A stretch of 64,000 bases of DNA from positions 293,609 to 357,608 of the forward strand of contig CAYYWQ010000001.1 of NCBI GenBank assembly GCA_964474825.1. Direction: 5' to 3'. Within the stretch, counting starts at the first letter, position 1. The number at the start of each line of letters is the position of its first letter. Below are positions 47,279 through 56,370 of the stretch, in pieces. Source of the stretch: an uncultured Candidatus Saccharibacteria bacterium. Lineage in GTDB: Bacteria; Patescibacteriota; Doudnabacteria; UBA920. The notes below the pieces were generated by a model. The model did not search any database and was not told the origin of the DNA. It worked only from the letters and a program-made list of their open reading frames with translations. Position numbers and translations under genes: made by a program.

Positions 47279-49132
47279 TTACTCCATCTTTTCAAAATTA
47301 ATCCGCAAAGCGTTTAAGATTACTACTACATCCAATACTTCCTGGAGCAGAGCGCCGTAAATGGGAAGAATATAACCCAGGGCAGCCGCTATCATAAGCA
47401 AAATACTAACACCAATCCCTACAAAGATACTTTGCTTGGCAATGGCAATAGTACGCCTGGCAATTTTAAGGGCCAGGCCTACACGGGTTAAGTTGTCTAC
47501 GGTAATTACAATGTCACCGGTTTCGGAGGAAGCGGTAGAGCCACGGCTACCAATGGCTATGCCTACGTCCGCGGCGGCAAGAGCTGGCGCGTCGTTAACC
47601 CCGTCCCCTACCATGGCCACACTGCCAAATTGTTTTTTGTGGTCCTGCACTTCGGCAACTTTGTCTTCCGGCAAACATTCAGCGTGAATGTCGGTTAATC
47701 CAAGTTGTTTTGCGATAATGTCCGCCACATTTTTTTTGTCGCCGGTAAGCATTACAATTTTTTCCAGGCCTTGTTGCTTCATTTGGGCAAACAAAGTTTT
47801 TATTTCCGGCCTGGCAATATCCGCAAAAATTACAGAGCCTAAGAGTTCTTTGTTTTCAGCTAAATACACTGCAATTTTCCCCTGACTTTGGAATGCTTTG
47901 TGCAGCTCTTTTGTATTTTCAGGAATGGCAACTCCCTCGCTTTGCAAAAAAGATAGCTTACCAAATAAATAATTTTCGGCTTTAATTTTACCCTTAACTC
48001 CCTGGCCAAAAGTTTCTTGGAACTCTTCGGGTAAATCCAATTGTAAATTTAATTTTTTAGTAGCGTGCTCGGTTAAAGACGCGGCTAAAATGTGAGTGGA
48101 AAGCTGGTCCAGTGAAGCGGCCAGCCTAATAATATCTTTGTTCATGGCGAATTCCGAAGCTTGAAAATCCACAACGGCCGGAGAGCCTAAAGTTAGAGTG
48201 CCAGTTTTGTCAAAAATAAAAGCTTTGACTTCTGCCAGTTTTTCCAAAGCCCCGCCGCTTTTTACAATAATACCTCTGCTGGCAGCGCGTGAGACGCCGG
48301 ACATAATAGCAATGGGCGTGGCTAAAATTAACGGGCACGGCGTGGCAACAACAAGTACCGCCAATAGCCTAATTGGGTCGTGGGAAATAAACCAAGCTAG
48401 TGCGGCCATGGCTAGGGTTACAACCGTAAACCAAACGCTGTAGCGATCGGCCAGACGGACCATGGGCGCGCGGCTTTCGCTTGCTTGTTTTACCAGCTGA
48501 ATAATTTTTTCGTAAGTAGAGTGGGCCGATTCGCGCAGTGCTTTAATTTCCAAAGCCCCGTCTTTGTTTATGCTCCCGCTGTAAATTTGGGCGCCCGGGC
48601 GTTTTTCTACCGGTATGGCTTCTCCGGTAATTGCTGCTTCGTCTACGTCGCTCATGCCCTTTACAACCAGGCCGTCAGTTGGCACCGTTTCGCCCGGCTT
48701 AACCAAAAAAACGTCGTTAACTTTAAGTTCTGTAATTGGGATGTCCTGTAAACCGTTTTTAGTTATTAAGTGGGCTTTTGTTGGCACTCGTGAAAGCAGT
48801 GCCGTAAGTTCTTTACGCGCGCGCCTTAGGGCATAGGTTTCTAAAGCCTCTCCCCCGGAAAGCATAAGCACAATAACCAATCCGGCCAAATATTGGCCTA
48901 AAATAAATGAGGTAACAATTGCTAAAATGGCGATTACGTCTACCCCGAAATGTTTATGATATAAATCTTTTACCATTCTGGTTGCCGGTGGAATAACGCC
49001 AATAACCAAAGTAACCAGCCAAACTTTGTCGTCAATATGTTCGTAACCTGCAAAATGAAAAACCGCGCCCACAATTAAACCGAAAAGCGCTAGTATTGGA
49101 ATAATAAAATTTTTAAAATCGAATTTAGACAT
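47279..49132 (-). CDS. heavy-metal P1B-type ATPase, subgroup P1B-5
   Basis: TGE, TPCP, DKTGT, GDGVND; QX4GX3SX3M and PX6QEX2DX5N in the last helices. Confidence 0.9.
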   Translation of the reverse strand: MSKFDFKNFIIPILALFGLIVGAVFHFAGYEHIDDKVWLVTLVIGVIPPATRMVKDLYHKHFGVDVIAILAIVTSFILGQYLAGLVIVLMLSGGEALETYALRRARKELTALLSRVPTKAHLITKNGLQDIPITELKVNDVFLVKPGETVPTDGLVVKGMSDVDEAAITGEAIPVEKRPGAQIYSGSINKDGALEIKALRESAHSTYEKIIQLVKQASESRAPMVRLADRYSVWFTVVTLAMAALAWFISHDPIRLLAVLVVATPCPLILATPIAIMSGVSRAASRGIIVKSGGALEKLAEVKAFIFDKTGTLTLGSPAVVDFQASEFAMNKDIIRLAASLDQLSTHILAASLTEHATKKLNLQLDLPEEFQETFGQGVKGKIKAENYLFGKLSFLQSEGVAIPENTKELHKAFQSQGKIAVYLAENKELLGSVIFADIARPEIKTLFAQMKQQGLEKIVMLTGDKKNVADIIAKQLGLTDIHAECLPEDKVAEVQDHKKQFGSVAMVGDGVNDAPALAAADVGIAIGSRGSTASSETGDIVITVDNLTRVGLALKIARRTIAIAKQSIFVGIGVSILLMIAAALGYILPIYGALLQEVLDVVVILNALRINFEKME

Positions 49133-49163
49133 AAAAAATTCCCCGAAAAGATACTCGGGGTTT

Positions 49164-49328
49164 AAAAAAACCGCGCAAGAATCTTTTATTACTTAACTTA
49201 AAAAGTAAAAAATGACTCTGCCCGGATACGCCTTATCCTGCTCCTGGACCAGAATGGTCTCATAACGAGCCCGCAAATTTAACCAAAGTTTTAGGCTGGC
49301 GGTTAAATTCGCACACAGACTTATTGAC
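49164..49328 (-). promoter_or_regulatory. NiCo/czcD-like riboswitch candidate with overlapping intrinsic terminator
   Basis: TGCTATAAT promoter at 49335-49343; four-way junction about 49217-49319; terminator 49164-49225 reuses the aptamer 3' strand. Confidence 0.65.
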
Positions 49329-49349
49329 CAGTATATTATAGCACACTTT

Positions 49350-49895
49350 TCATTCAGATTTTAAAAGCGGCGCGAATTTAGCCCTCAGTTTGGAAATTTT
49401 GGGGTCTATTACAAACATACAGTAAGGTTTGTTTTTGTTTTGGTTGTAATAATTTTGGTGGTAGTTTTCCGCTTCATAAAAAGCCTCAAATTTCCTAACA
49501 ACGGTTACTATTGGTTTGTTAAAAGTACCATCAGCCGAAAGTTTTTTTATAAATTCTTCAGTCTCAACTTTTTGCTCTTCGTCCATATAAAAAACAGTAG
49601 AGGCATACTGCTCACCTATGTCGTTCCCCTGCTGGTTAGGGGTTGTGGGGTCATGCGTTGCAAAAAATACGTTGAGTAGATCGGTAAATTTTATTTGCTC
49701 AGGGTCAAAATCTATTTTAATAGACTCAATGTGTCCGCTGTCTCCCGCGCTAACTTCTTCGTATGTGGGATTAGGCTTTTTTCCGCCGCTGTACCCGGGT
49801 TTTACTGCAGTTACGCCGCGTAACCTTTGAAACACAGCCTCTGTGCACCAAAAACATCCCCCGCCAAACACAGCGCTTTGAGTTTTATTTTCCAT
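49350..49895 (-). CDS. msrA: peptide methionine sulfoxide reductase A
   Basis: GGCFWC, GYSGG, NPTY, GH.E, HDPT, QGND.G.QY, AENYHQNY. Confidence 0.96.
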   Translation of the reverse strand: MENKTQSAVFGGGCFWCTEAVFQRLRGVTAVKPGYSGGKKPNPTYEEVSAGDSGHIESIKIDFDPEQIKFTDLLNVFFATHDPTTPNQQGNDIGEQYASTVFYMDEEQKVETEEFIKKLSADGTFNKPIVTVVRKFEAFYEAENYHQNYYNQNKNKPYCMFVIDPKISKLRAKFAPLLKSE

Positions 49896-49957
49896 AAAAG
49901 TAAATTTATATTGCTATTATTATACACCCTTATGCCCAATAAAAAAATCCAATAACC

Positions 49958-50033
49958 TGGAGCCGTTGATCGGAATTGAACCGATGACCTACTCCTTACC
50001 ATGGAGTTGCTCTACCAACTGAGCTACAACGGC
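49958..50033 (-). tRNA. tRNA-Thr(GGT)
   Basis: Cloverleaf, anticodon GGT, GGTTCAATTCC, CCA end. Confidence 0.95.
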
Positions 50034-50050
50034 ACTAGGTTATTGGATTC

Positions 50051-50884
50051 TTATTTTGAAGTTTTTATTTGGTCCAGTTTTTGGGTGACTTTTTCGTTCT
50101 CGGGATCCACAGCGCGGGCTTTTTCCAGGGCGTTCATGGCCTGGTCGTTTAGGCCCAGCTTTAAACAGACGTTGCTGTAGCTTAAGTAATAGCGGGAATT
50201 GTTGGGCTCTAAAACAATAGCCCTGCCAATGGCTTCCAGGGCTTCCTGGTTCTTTCCAAGCGCTTCCCTAACTAACCCCAAGTTATAATAGCGGTTTGGC
50301 TGGCTGGAATCAAGGGCTAAAGACTGTTCATAATGTAAGGCCGTATTTTCAAAATCTTTTATTTGGTAGTAGCAGTAAGCCAGCCTGGCCTGGAAATCGG
50401 CGTTGGCCCGGTCGTGTTCAGTTAAATATTTGTAAATATCTATGGCGTCTTCTGTATTAGATTCTTCCAAATAAAATTTTCCTAAAGCGTCGTAGTTGGT
50501 AAGGTTTTTTGGGTCAGATTTAATAAGACCCAAAAAATAATCTTCGCCTTTTATTTTTTGCCCGCCTTCTGTTAAAGCCTTGGGCAAAGATTGTCTTTGA
50601 CCAAACAGCTTACGCATGCGGTAACCGGCAATGGCCTGGGGCCGGAGGTCCTTGGCTTCCAAAACAAAGTGCCAGAGTTTTTTGCCCCAGTACATAAAAA
50701 AAGTTTTTATTTTGGAAATGGCTATGGCCGGCACACCCTTGTCCACGAGTTTTAAGGCCGCAATTTCACTGGCTTTAGGCTTTTCAGCCTCAGCCGCGGC
50801 TTCAGGTAAGCGGCGCAGCACCATTATCAAAATCCCTAAAAACGCCAGGATGAATATGAGGTTTGGGATAATTTGATAAGACAA
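50051..50884 (-). CDS. membrane-anchored TPR protein
   Basis: N-terminal TM; TPR repeats (LG..Y, A...Y..AL.LDP). Confidence 0.8.
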   Translation of the reverse strand: MSYQIIPNLIFILAFLGILIMVLRRLPEAAAEAEKPKASEIAALKLVDKGVPAIAISKIKTFFMYWGKKLWHFVLEAKDLRPQAIAGYRMRKLFGQRQSLPKALTEGGQKIKGEDYFLGLIKSDPKNLTNYDALGKFYLEESNTEDAIDIYKYLTEHDRANADFQARLAYCYYQIKDFENTALHYEQSLALDSSQPNRYYNLGLVREALGKNQEALEAIGRAIVLEPNNSRYYLSYSNVCLKLGLNDQAMNALEKARAVDPENEKVTQKLDQIKTSK

Positions 50885-50974
50885 ATTGATTTAAAGGATT
50901 GAGCAAGATTGACCAAGATTGACACGATTTGAATCATGTCAATCTTTTAAATCGTTTAAATCTTGTCAATTAAT

Positions 50975-51553
50975 TTAGTTTCCTAAAACGAAACGGGCGA
51001 ATCTTTTTACTACAACATTTTCCCCCATTTTCCCAACGGCCTGGCTAATAAGGTCCTTAACTTTTATGTCGGAATTTTTGGCAAATGGCTGTTCCAGCAG
51101 GCACGCCTCTTCGTAATATTTGGCAATTTTGCCTTCCAAAATTTTATTTACTACGTCATCCGGCTTCCCCTTAACCTGTTCCTTGTAAATTTCCTTTTCT
51201 TTTTCTACAACCTCAGCAGGGACGTCGTTCATGGAAACATATAACGGATTAGCTGCGGCAATGTGTAAGGCCAACTCTTTTGCTAAATGTTTGAAATCCT
51301 CTGTGCGGGCCACGAAATCGGTTTCGCAGTTAACTTCCACCAAAACGCCTACGCGGCTGCCCGGGTGGATGTAAGCTTCTACAATCCCCTCGTTTGCCAC
51401 GCGGTCAGATTTTTTTCCGGCCTTGAGCGCGCCTTTTTTGCGCAAAATTTCTACGGCTTTGTCTTTGTCGTTTTCCGCTTCTGTCAGGGCAGCTTTAATA
51501 TCCATCATGCCCGCGCCTGTAAGTTCGCGGAGTTCTTTAATAAGATCGTTCAT
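50975..51553 (-). CDS. tsf: elongation factor Ts (short form)
   Basis: IKELRELTGAGMMD, EVNCETDFVA, LLEQ. Confidence 0.96.
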   Translation of the reverse strand: MNDLIKELRELTGAGMMDIKAALTEAENDKDKAVEILRKKGALKAGKKSDRVANEGIVEAYIHPGSRVGVLVEVNCETDFVARTEDFKHLAKELALHIAAANPLYVSMNDVPAEVVEKEKEIYKEQVKGKPDDVVNKILEGKIAKYYEEACLLEQPFAKNSDIKVKDLISQAVGKMGENVVVKRFARFVLGN

Positions 51554-51626
51554 AAATAGTGATTAGTTGTTAGTGGTCAGTGGGCAGTTTCTAGTCACTA
51601 TTCGCTGCTCACTACTCACTAGTTAG

Positions 51627-52358
51627 TTATTTTTGTATCTCAGCCTGCTTGTCTTCCACCTTAATAGCAGGTACAGCCTGGCGCCCTTCGGAAATGGCTT
51701 GGCTTACAACCGCGCAGACTAATTCCACGGCTTTAGTGGCGTCGTCATTGCAAGGGATTGGGTAGGCTAAGTGGGAGGGGTCGGAGTTGGTGTCTACTAC
51801 GCCAATGGTTTTAACTTTGGAATTGCGGGCTTCTTTAACCGCAATGTCGTCGTGTTTAACGTCTGTAATAAAAATTGCCTCAGGAAGCTTTCTCATATTC
51901 TGAATACCTTCAAACAACTTTTTCAGTTTTTCAATTTCGCGCTCAACCATTAAGCGTTCTTTTTTGGTGTAATGGCTTTCCAATTCGCCGGAAGCTTTTT
52001 GGCTTTCCATTTTTTCCAATTTGCGAATGGTTTTCTGAATGGTGCGGAAGTTGGTAAAAGTGCCACCCAACCAGCGAACAGTTACGTAAGGCATGCCGCA
52101 GGCTACGGCCGCGTTTTTAACAATGTCGCGGGTTTGGCGTTTGGTGCCTACGAACAAAATTGTGCCGCCCATTTTGGCAACACCTTCGGCGAATTTAGCC
52201 GCTTCTAGCAAAGCTTTTTTGGTCTTTTCCAAATCCAAAATATGGATATTGTTGCGAACCGTAAAAATATACGGCTTCATTTTGGGGTTCCACCTGGAGG
52301 TGGTATGACCAAAATGCGCTCCGCTTTTGAGCAAATCTAATAGACTTAGGTCTTTCAT
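51627..52358 (-). CDS. rpsB: 30S ribosomal protein S2
   Basis: GAHFGH..RWNPKM, FVGTK, RWLGGTFTN, DTNSDP, NDD. Confidence 0.97.
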   Translation of the reverse strand: MKDLSLLDLLKSGAHFGHTTSRWNPKMKPYIFTVRNNIHILDLEKTKKALLEAAKFAEGVAKMGGTILFVGTKRQTRDIVKNAAVACGMPYVTVRWLGGTFTNFRTIQKTIRKLEKMESQKASGELESHYTKKERLMVEREIEKLKKLFEGIQNMRKLPEAIFITDVKHDDIAVKEARNSKVKTIGVVDTNSDPSHLAYPIPCNDDATKAVELVCAVVSQAISEGRQAVPAIKVEDKQAEIQK

Positions 52359-52530
52359 TGATTATCCTTTTCTTCCATCCCCTCTATTTTTTACAGGCCC
52401 TCGAGCCGTAAAAAACAGGATAATTATGCGGGAATGTGATTGATTAATTACTTAAAGCAATTATAACATCCCTTGACTTTTCTGGCAAGAGGCGGTAAAA
52501 TATCAGAAGTTATCAAAAAAGAGAAATTTT

Positions 52531-52794
52531 ATGAAACCTTCTATCCACCCAACATTTTATACAACCGCCACTGTTAGCTGCGCTTGCGGTAACACTTTTA
52601 CTACTGGCTCAACCGAAAAAGAGCTTCATACTGAAGTCTGCAGCCAGTGCCACCCGTTTTACACAGGCAAGCAAAAATTGCTTGACGCGGCTGGTTCTAT
52701 AGACAAGTTTAAAAAGCGTACTGCAACAGCAGTCACTATTAAAGGCGCTGCAAAACCGAAAAAAGAACGCAAAGCTAGGTCAACCAAGAAATAA
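52531..52794 (+). CDS. rpmE: 50S ribosomal protein L31 (Zn-binding form)
   Basis: [21 protein letters not shown]. Confidence 0.96.
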   Translation: MKPSIHPTFYTTATVSCACGNTFTTGSTEKELHTEVCSQCHPFYTGKQKLLDAAGSIDKFKKRTATAVTIKGAAKPKKERKARSTKK

Positions 52795-52885
52795 CTTTTG
52801 AAACTTAAGTAAACTTAACCGCTCCTTTTGGTGCGGTTTTGTGTTAGATGGTAAAGTGTAAAGTTTGATGTATAATATATTAAGT

Positions 52886-53956
52886 ATGGAAATTGGACTT
52901 CAGAAAATTTTAGACGAATATAATCAGTTAACCACAGAAATGTCTTCTGGTGGGTCTTTTGATATGGCAAAACTAGGCAAGCGTCAGTCAGAGCTTCAGT
53001 CAGTAGTTAGTAAGATTCAAGATTTGGAATTAAAGACTAAAGAGCTGGAAGAAAATAAAAATTTATTAGCCGATGATAACGCGGAGATTAAATCCATGGC
53101 GCTGGATGAGTCCCGGAGACTGGAATCTGAAATCTTAAATCTAAAATCCTCCATAGAGGAAATGCTCCTGCCTAAAGACCCCAATGACGACAAAGATGTA
53201 ATTGTGGAAATTAGGGCCGGAGCTGGAGGCGACGAAGCCACTCTGTTTGTTGCGGAAATGTTTAGGGCTTATGGCAAGTTCGCGGACGAAAACAAGTTTA
53301 CCACTCATATAGTTTCCAGTTCCAAAAGTGAAGCAGGTGGTTTTAAGGAAATTATTTTTGAAATTTACGGCAGGGTATCTGCCGCTGTGCATCCTTATCA
53401 AATGTTTAAGTATGAGTCAGGTGTGCACCGGGTTCAACGCGTACCGGAAACAGAAAAAAGCGGCCGCGTGCATACTTCCACTATTACTGTAGCTGTTTTA
53501 CCTATTTTAGAAGAAAAAGATTATACCATTGCGGAAAAAGATTTGGTTATGGAAGCCACTACATCTTCCGGGCATGGTGGTCAAAGTGTTAATACTACAT
53601 ATAGTGCTATTCGCATTACACATATACCTACAGGTATTACGGCTCAGTGCCAAGACGAACGCAGCCAGGCTCAAAACCGTGAAAAGGCTTTGCAGGTTAT
53701 TCGCGCCCGCGTAGCCGCGCATTACCAGGAAATAGAAAGTAAAAAAGTTAGGGACCTTACCAAATCTCAAATTGGAACCGGTGACCGCAGTGAAAAAATC
53801 CGCACTTACAACTTCCCCCAGGATCGCGTAACTGACCATCGAATAAACGAAAACTTTAACCAGATTGGCCTTATAATGGAAGGCAAATTCGCCAACATTA
53901 TTGAAGCCCTGCAAAAGGCCGACTTGGAAATGAAAAAAGAAGCGCTTAAAAAATGA
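52886..53956 (+). CDS. prfA: peptide chain release factor 1
   Basis: EIRAGAGGDEA, ESGVHRVQRVPET (PxT), GGQ, GDRSEKIRTYN; start moved to 52886. Confidence 0.95.
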   Translation: MEIGLQKILDEYNQLTTEMSSGGSFDMAKLGKRQSELQSVVSKIQDLELKTKELEENKNLLADDNAEIKSMALDESRRLESEILNLKSSIEEMLLPKDPNDDKDVIVEIRAGAGGDEATLFVAEMFRAYGKFADENKFTTHIVSSSKSEAGGFKEIIFEIYGRVSAAVHPYQMFKYESGVHRVQRVPETEKSGRVHTSTITVAVLPILEEKDYTIAEKDLVMEATTSSGHGGQSVNTTYSAIRITHIPTGITAQCQDERSQAQNREKALQVIRARVAAHYQEIESKKVRDLTKSQIGTGDRSEKIRTYNFPQDRVTDHRINENFNQIGLIMEGKFANIIEALQKADLEMKKEALKK

Positions 53957-54429
53957 CAATGGTCACGATTGAAGACGCACATATTTTGGCCAGAAAAATT
54001 AAAGAAAAAAGCTTAAAAGTTCACGGTATTGAACTGTTTGGGAGTGTGCTAAAAAATGGTAAAGGTCATGACGTTGATCTCATGTTGATAGTTGACGAAG
54101 ATTTATGGAGGAAATTTTGGTCTGTAACAAGGGATATTAATCCTAAGTGGCCGCTGCGGTTAATGTTCATCCGTCGTTTTATTAAAAAATTTTTACCGTT
54201 CCTTGACCAAGTCTTTATTTGGAAAAGAAAAAAAACTCGCCAGTTGCGCGCTTCAAATTTAATAGGTCTTGATTTGGCTCTTTTGGCCGAAGATTATCGT
54301 CCTGGTACCATTATTGATGTGTGGCTTATGCCCTTAAATTGGCACTCACGCATACCAGATATTACAAATAATTCCAATATGCTGGTCTTTCTTAAAAGGG
54401 CTTCCCAATTTTCAAAAAAGATTTGTTAA
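53953..54429 (+). CDS. Pol-beta-like nucleotidyltransferase domain protein
   Basis: LFGSV......DVDL motif with a third Asp (IDV); ATGA overlap with prfA. Confidence 0.65.
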   Translation: MTMVTIEDAHILARKIKEKSLKVHGIELFGSVLKNGKGHDVDLMLIVDEDLWRKFWSVTRDINPKWPLRLMFIRRFIKKFLPFLDQVFIWKRKKTRQLRASNLIGLDLALLAEDYRPGTIIDVWLMPLNWHSRIPDITNNSNMLVFLKRASQFSKKIC

Positions 54430-54430
54430 T

Positions 54431-55333
54431 ATGACTGTAAAAGAGGTTTTTAAAAAATATTCATCTATTGAGGTAGATTTATTGCTGTCCCATATCCTTG
54501 GAAAATCCAAGGAGTTTATTTTTTTGCGGCCGCAAAAAAAGTTATCAAGTTATCAAGTTAAAAAGTTATCAAGTCTTGCAAAGAGAAGGGAAAAGGGTGA
54601 GCCTATTGCTTATATTTTGGGGTATAAGGATTTTTTGGGTTTACGCTTTAAAGTGAATAAGAATGTACTAATTCCAAGGCCAGAGACGGAAGAGTTGGTG
54701 CAGAAGGCAATTAAAAGATTAAAAGATTTAAAATTGAAAGATTCCAAAGTCCGGATTTTGGATGTAGGCACAGGCAGCGGGTGTATTGCGGTAAGTTTAG
54801 CTAATCAGCTATCAGCTAATTATCCAGTAAGGCTTTATGCGAGTGATATATCTTTAAAAGCTTTGGCAGTAGCAAAACAGAACGCAAGAAAGTATGGCGC
54901 AAAAATAAAATTTATACAGAGCGATTTGTTTGAGCGAGTTGAAGGTAGGTTTGATATTATAGTTGCTAACTTACCTTATGTTCCGGCTAAAATGCTCAGG
55001 AAGCATTTACTTCACCGGCCTACTCCCCCATCATCCTCCAACCCTTTTGCAGGCCTGGCTTATGAACCTGTATTTGCCTTAACAGATGGTGGGAGCAGTT
55101 GGCATATTTACAAAAGGTTTTTCCAGCAGGTTGGAGCGCATTTAAATCTGACCCCGTCATCCGACGGGGTCACCCTGTCGAATGACAGGGTGAAATCTTT
55201 AATCTATCTCGAGATTGATCCGGCGCAAAAAAAAGAACTTCCGGAAATAATAAAAAAATATTTGCCTAAGGCAAATGTAAAATTCTATAAAGACTTTAAT
55301 AACTTTTGGCGCTATGTAGAAATTAGCATTTAA
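54431..55333 (+). CDS. prmC: release factor glutamine methyltransferase
   Basis: GEPIAYILG, LIPRPETE, DVGTGSGCIA, ANLPY, EP..AL.DG. Confidence 0.92.
   Translation: MTVKEVFKKYSSIEVDLLLSHILGKSKEFIFLRPQKKLSSYQVKKLSSLAKRREKGEPIAYILGYKDFLGLRFKVNKNVLIPRPETEELVQKAIKRLKDLKLKDSKVRILDVGTGSGCIAVSLANQLSANYPVRLYASDISLKALAVAKQNARKYGAKIKFIQSDLFERVEGRFDIIVANLPYVPAKMLRKHLLHRPTPPSSSNPFAGLAYEPVFALTDGGSSWHIYKRFFQQVGAHLNLTPSSDGVTLSNDRVKSLIYLEIDPAQKKELPEIIKKYLPKANVKFYKDFNNFWRYVEISI
55149..55193. repeat. two tandem palindromic elements inside prmC
   Basis: TGACCCCGTC-ATCC-GACGGGGTCA and TCACCCTGTC-GAAT-GACAGGGTGA; related copy at 133-152. Confidence 0.8.
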
Positions 55334-55365
55334 AAAGCCATTACCCCTAGGGGTAATGGCTTTTT
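55332..55365. terminator. bidirectional terminator
   Basis: AAAAAGCCATTACCC-CTAG-GGGTAATGGCTTTTT between prmC and rplY. Confidence 0.85.
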
Positions 55366-55376
55366 CGTAATTTATA

Positions 55377-56072
55377 TTATTCTTTTTTCTCAGCTTTTTC
55401 TGCTTTAGGAGAGGCTTCGGCTTTGGCTTCGCCCTCGGCAACAGGCTTGTCTTCGGCAGCGCCTTCAACTTTGCTGACGTCTTCCACAACCGGAGTAGAC
55501 AATTCAGCTTCCACGTCACGAGGCTGCTGTACTTTAGCCACGGTTTCGTCGCCGCCTGTCAACATTTTGACCTTAGCAGGAACCGGTAAATCTTTTACGT
55601 TTATGGAATCTTGGAATGTAACAAGCTTGGAAATATCAACAATAATAGAGTGTGGCAAGTCGGCCGGCAAACATTCAACTTCTACTTCGTTTAAGTTTTT
55701 CATTAACACGCCGCCAAGTTCCTTGACTGCTTTGGCTTCGCCAATAAAGTCCAAAACAACTTTGGCTTTCAACTTTTCGGTCATGCTGACCTCGTAGAAA
55801 TCCGCGTGAATTGGGCGGCTGGTTAAGTAGTGGTACTGCACTTCATAAATTAAGACCGGGTGAACTTTACCGTCGTCTGTCTTTAAATCTATAATTGTGC
55901 TCTCCCCTGCTTTCCTTAAGGCTTTTTCGAATTCGCCTAAGTTTACAGTAAGGGCTTGGTTCTTAACGTTATGGCCGTACAAAACAGCTGGGATTAAACC
56001 TTCTTTGCGGATTTTTTCCGGAAAAGAAGTTTTAATGTCGCGGCTGGTGCTGGCTAATTGGACTTTGTCCAT
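55377..56072 (-). CDS. rplY: 50S ribosomal protein L25 (Ctc-type)
   Basis: RKEGLIPAVLYG, Q.H....PIHADF, V.CLP.DLP..I.VDI. Confidence 0.94.
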   Translation of the reverse strand: MDKVQLASTSRDIKTSFPEKIRKEGLIPAVLYGHNVKNQALTVNLGEFEKALRKAGESTIIDLKTDDGKVHPVLIYEVQYHYLTSRPIHADFYEVSMTEKLKAKVVLDFIGEAKAVKELGGVLMKNLNEVEVECLPADLPHSIIVDISKLVTFQDSINVKDLPVPAKVKMLTGGDETVAKVQQPRDVEAELSTPVVEDVSKVEGAAEDKPVAEGEAKAEASPKAEKAEKKE

Positions 56073-56120
56073 TTGTGATCCTTGATGATTCTACCCATAA
56101 TAGTTTAATTCCTTATGGAA

Positions 56121-56224
56121 TTCCTCTCTCCAAATGGTGGAGAGAGGTTAGGAGAGAGGTTTTTTCCTAGGTTCAAACCTCTCTGTCGCCTTAAGGGCGA
56201 CATCTCCCCACGCTTTGGGGAGAC
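56121..56224. repeat. REP/MITE-like multi-hairpin element
   Basis: CCTCTCTCCA/TGGAGAGAGG, TGTCGCC/GGCGACA and TCTCCCCA/TGGGGAGA stems in the rplY upstream region. Confidence 0.55.
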
Positions 56225-56370
56225 CAATAAGGATAATCTATTTACTCATAAAATCTTAATGTCTGATGATTATAACAAAGTTGGTTGGTTTTGGCAAGGG
56301 TATATAAAACTTGTTTTTAATTAAAATATACAAAAGGCGGCCTCGTTTTCGAGGCCGCCGCAGGTGTTTC

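Noticed and set aside
52429-52438. CACATTCCCG shared by the rpsB leader and the 5' end of the 14.2-kb RNA
   Set aside because: A single 10-mer match can arise by chance; no further similarity seen.
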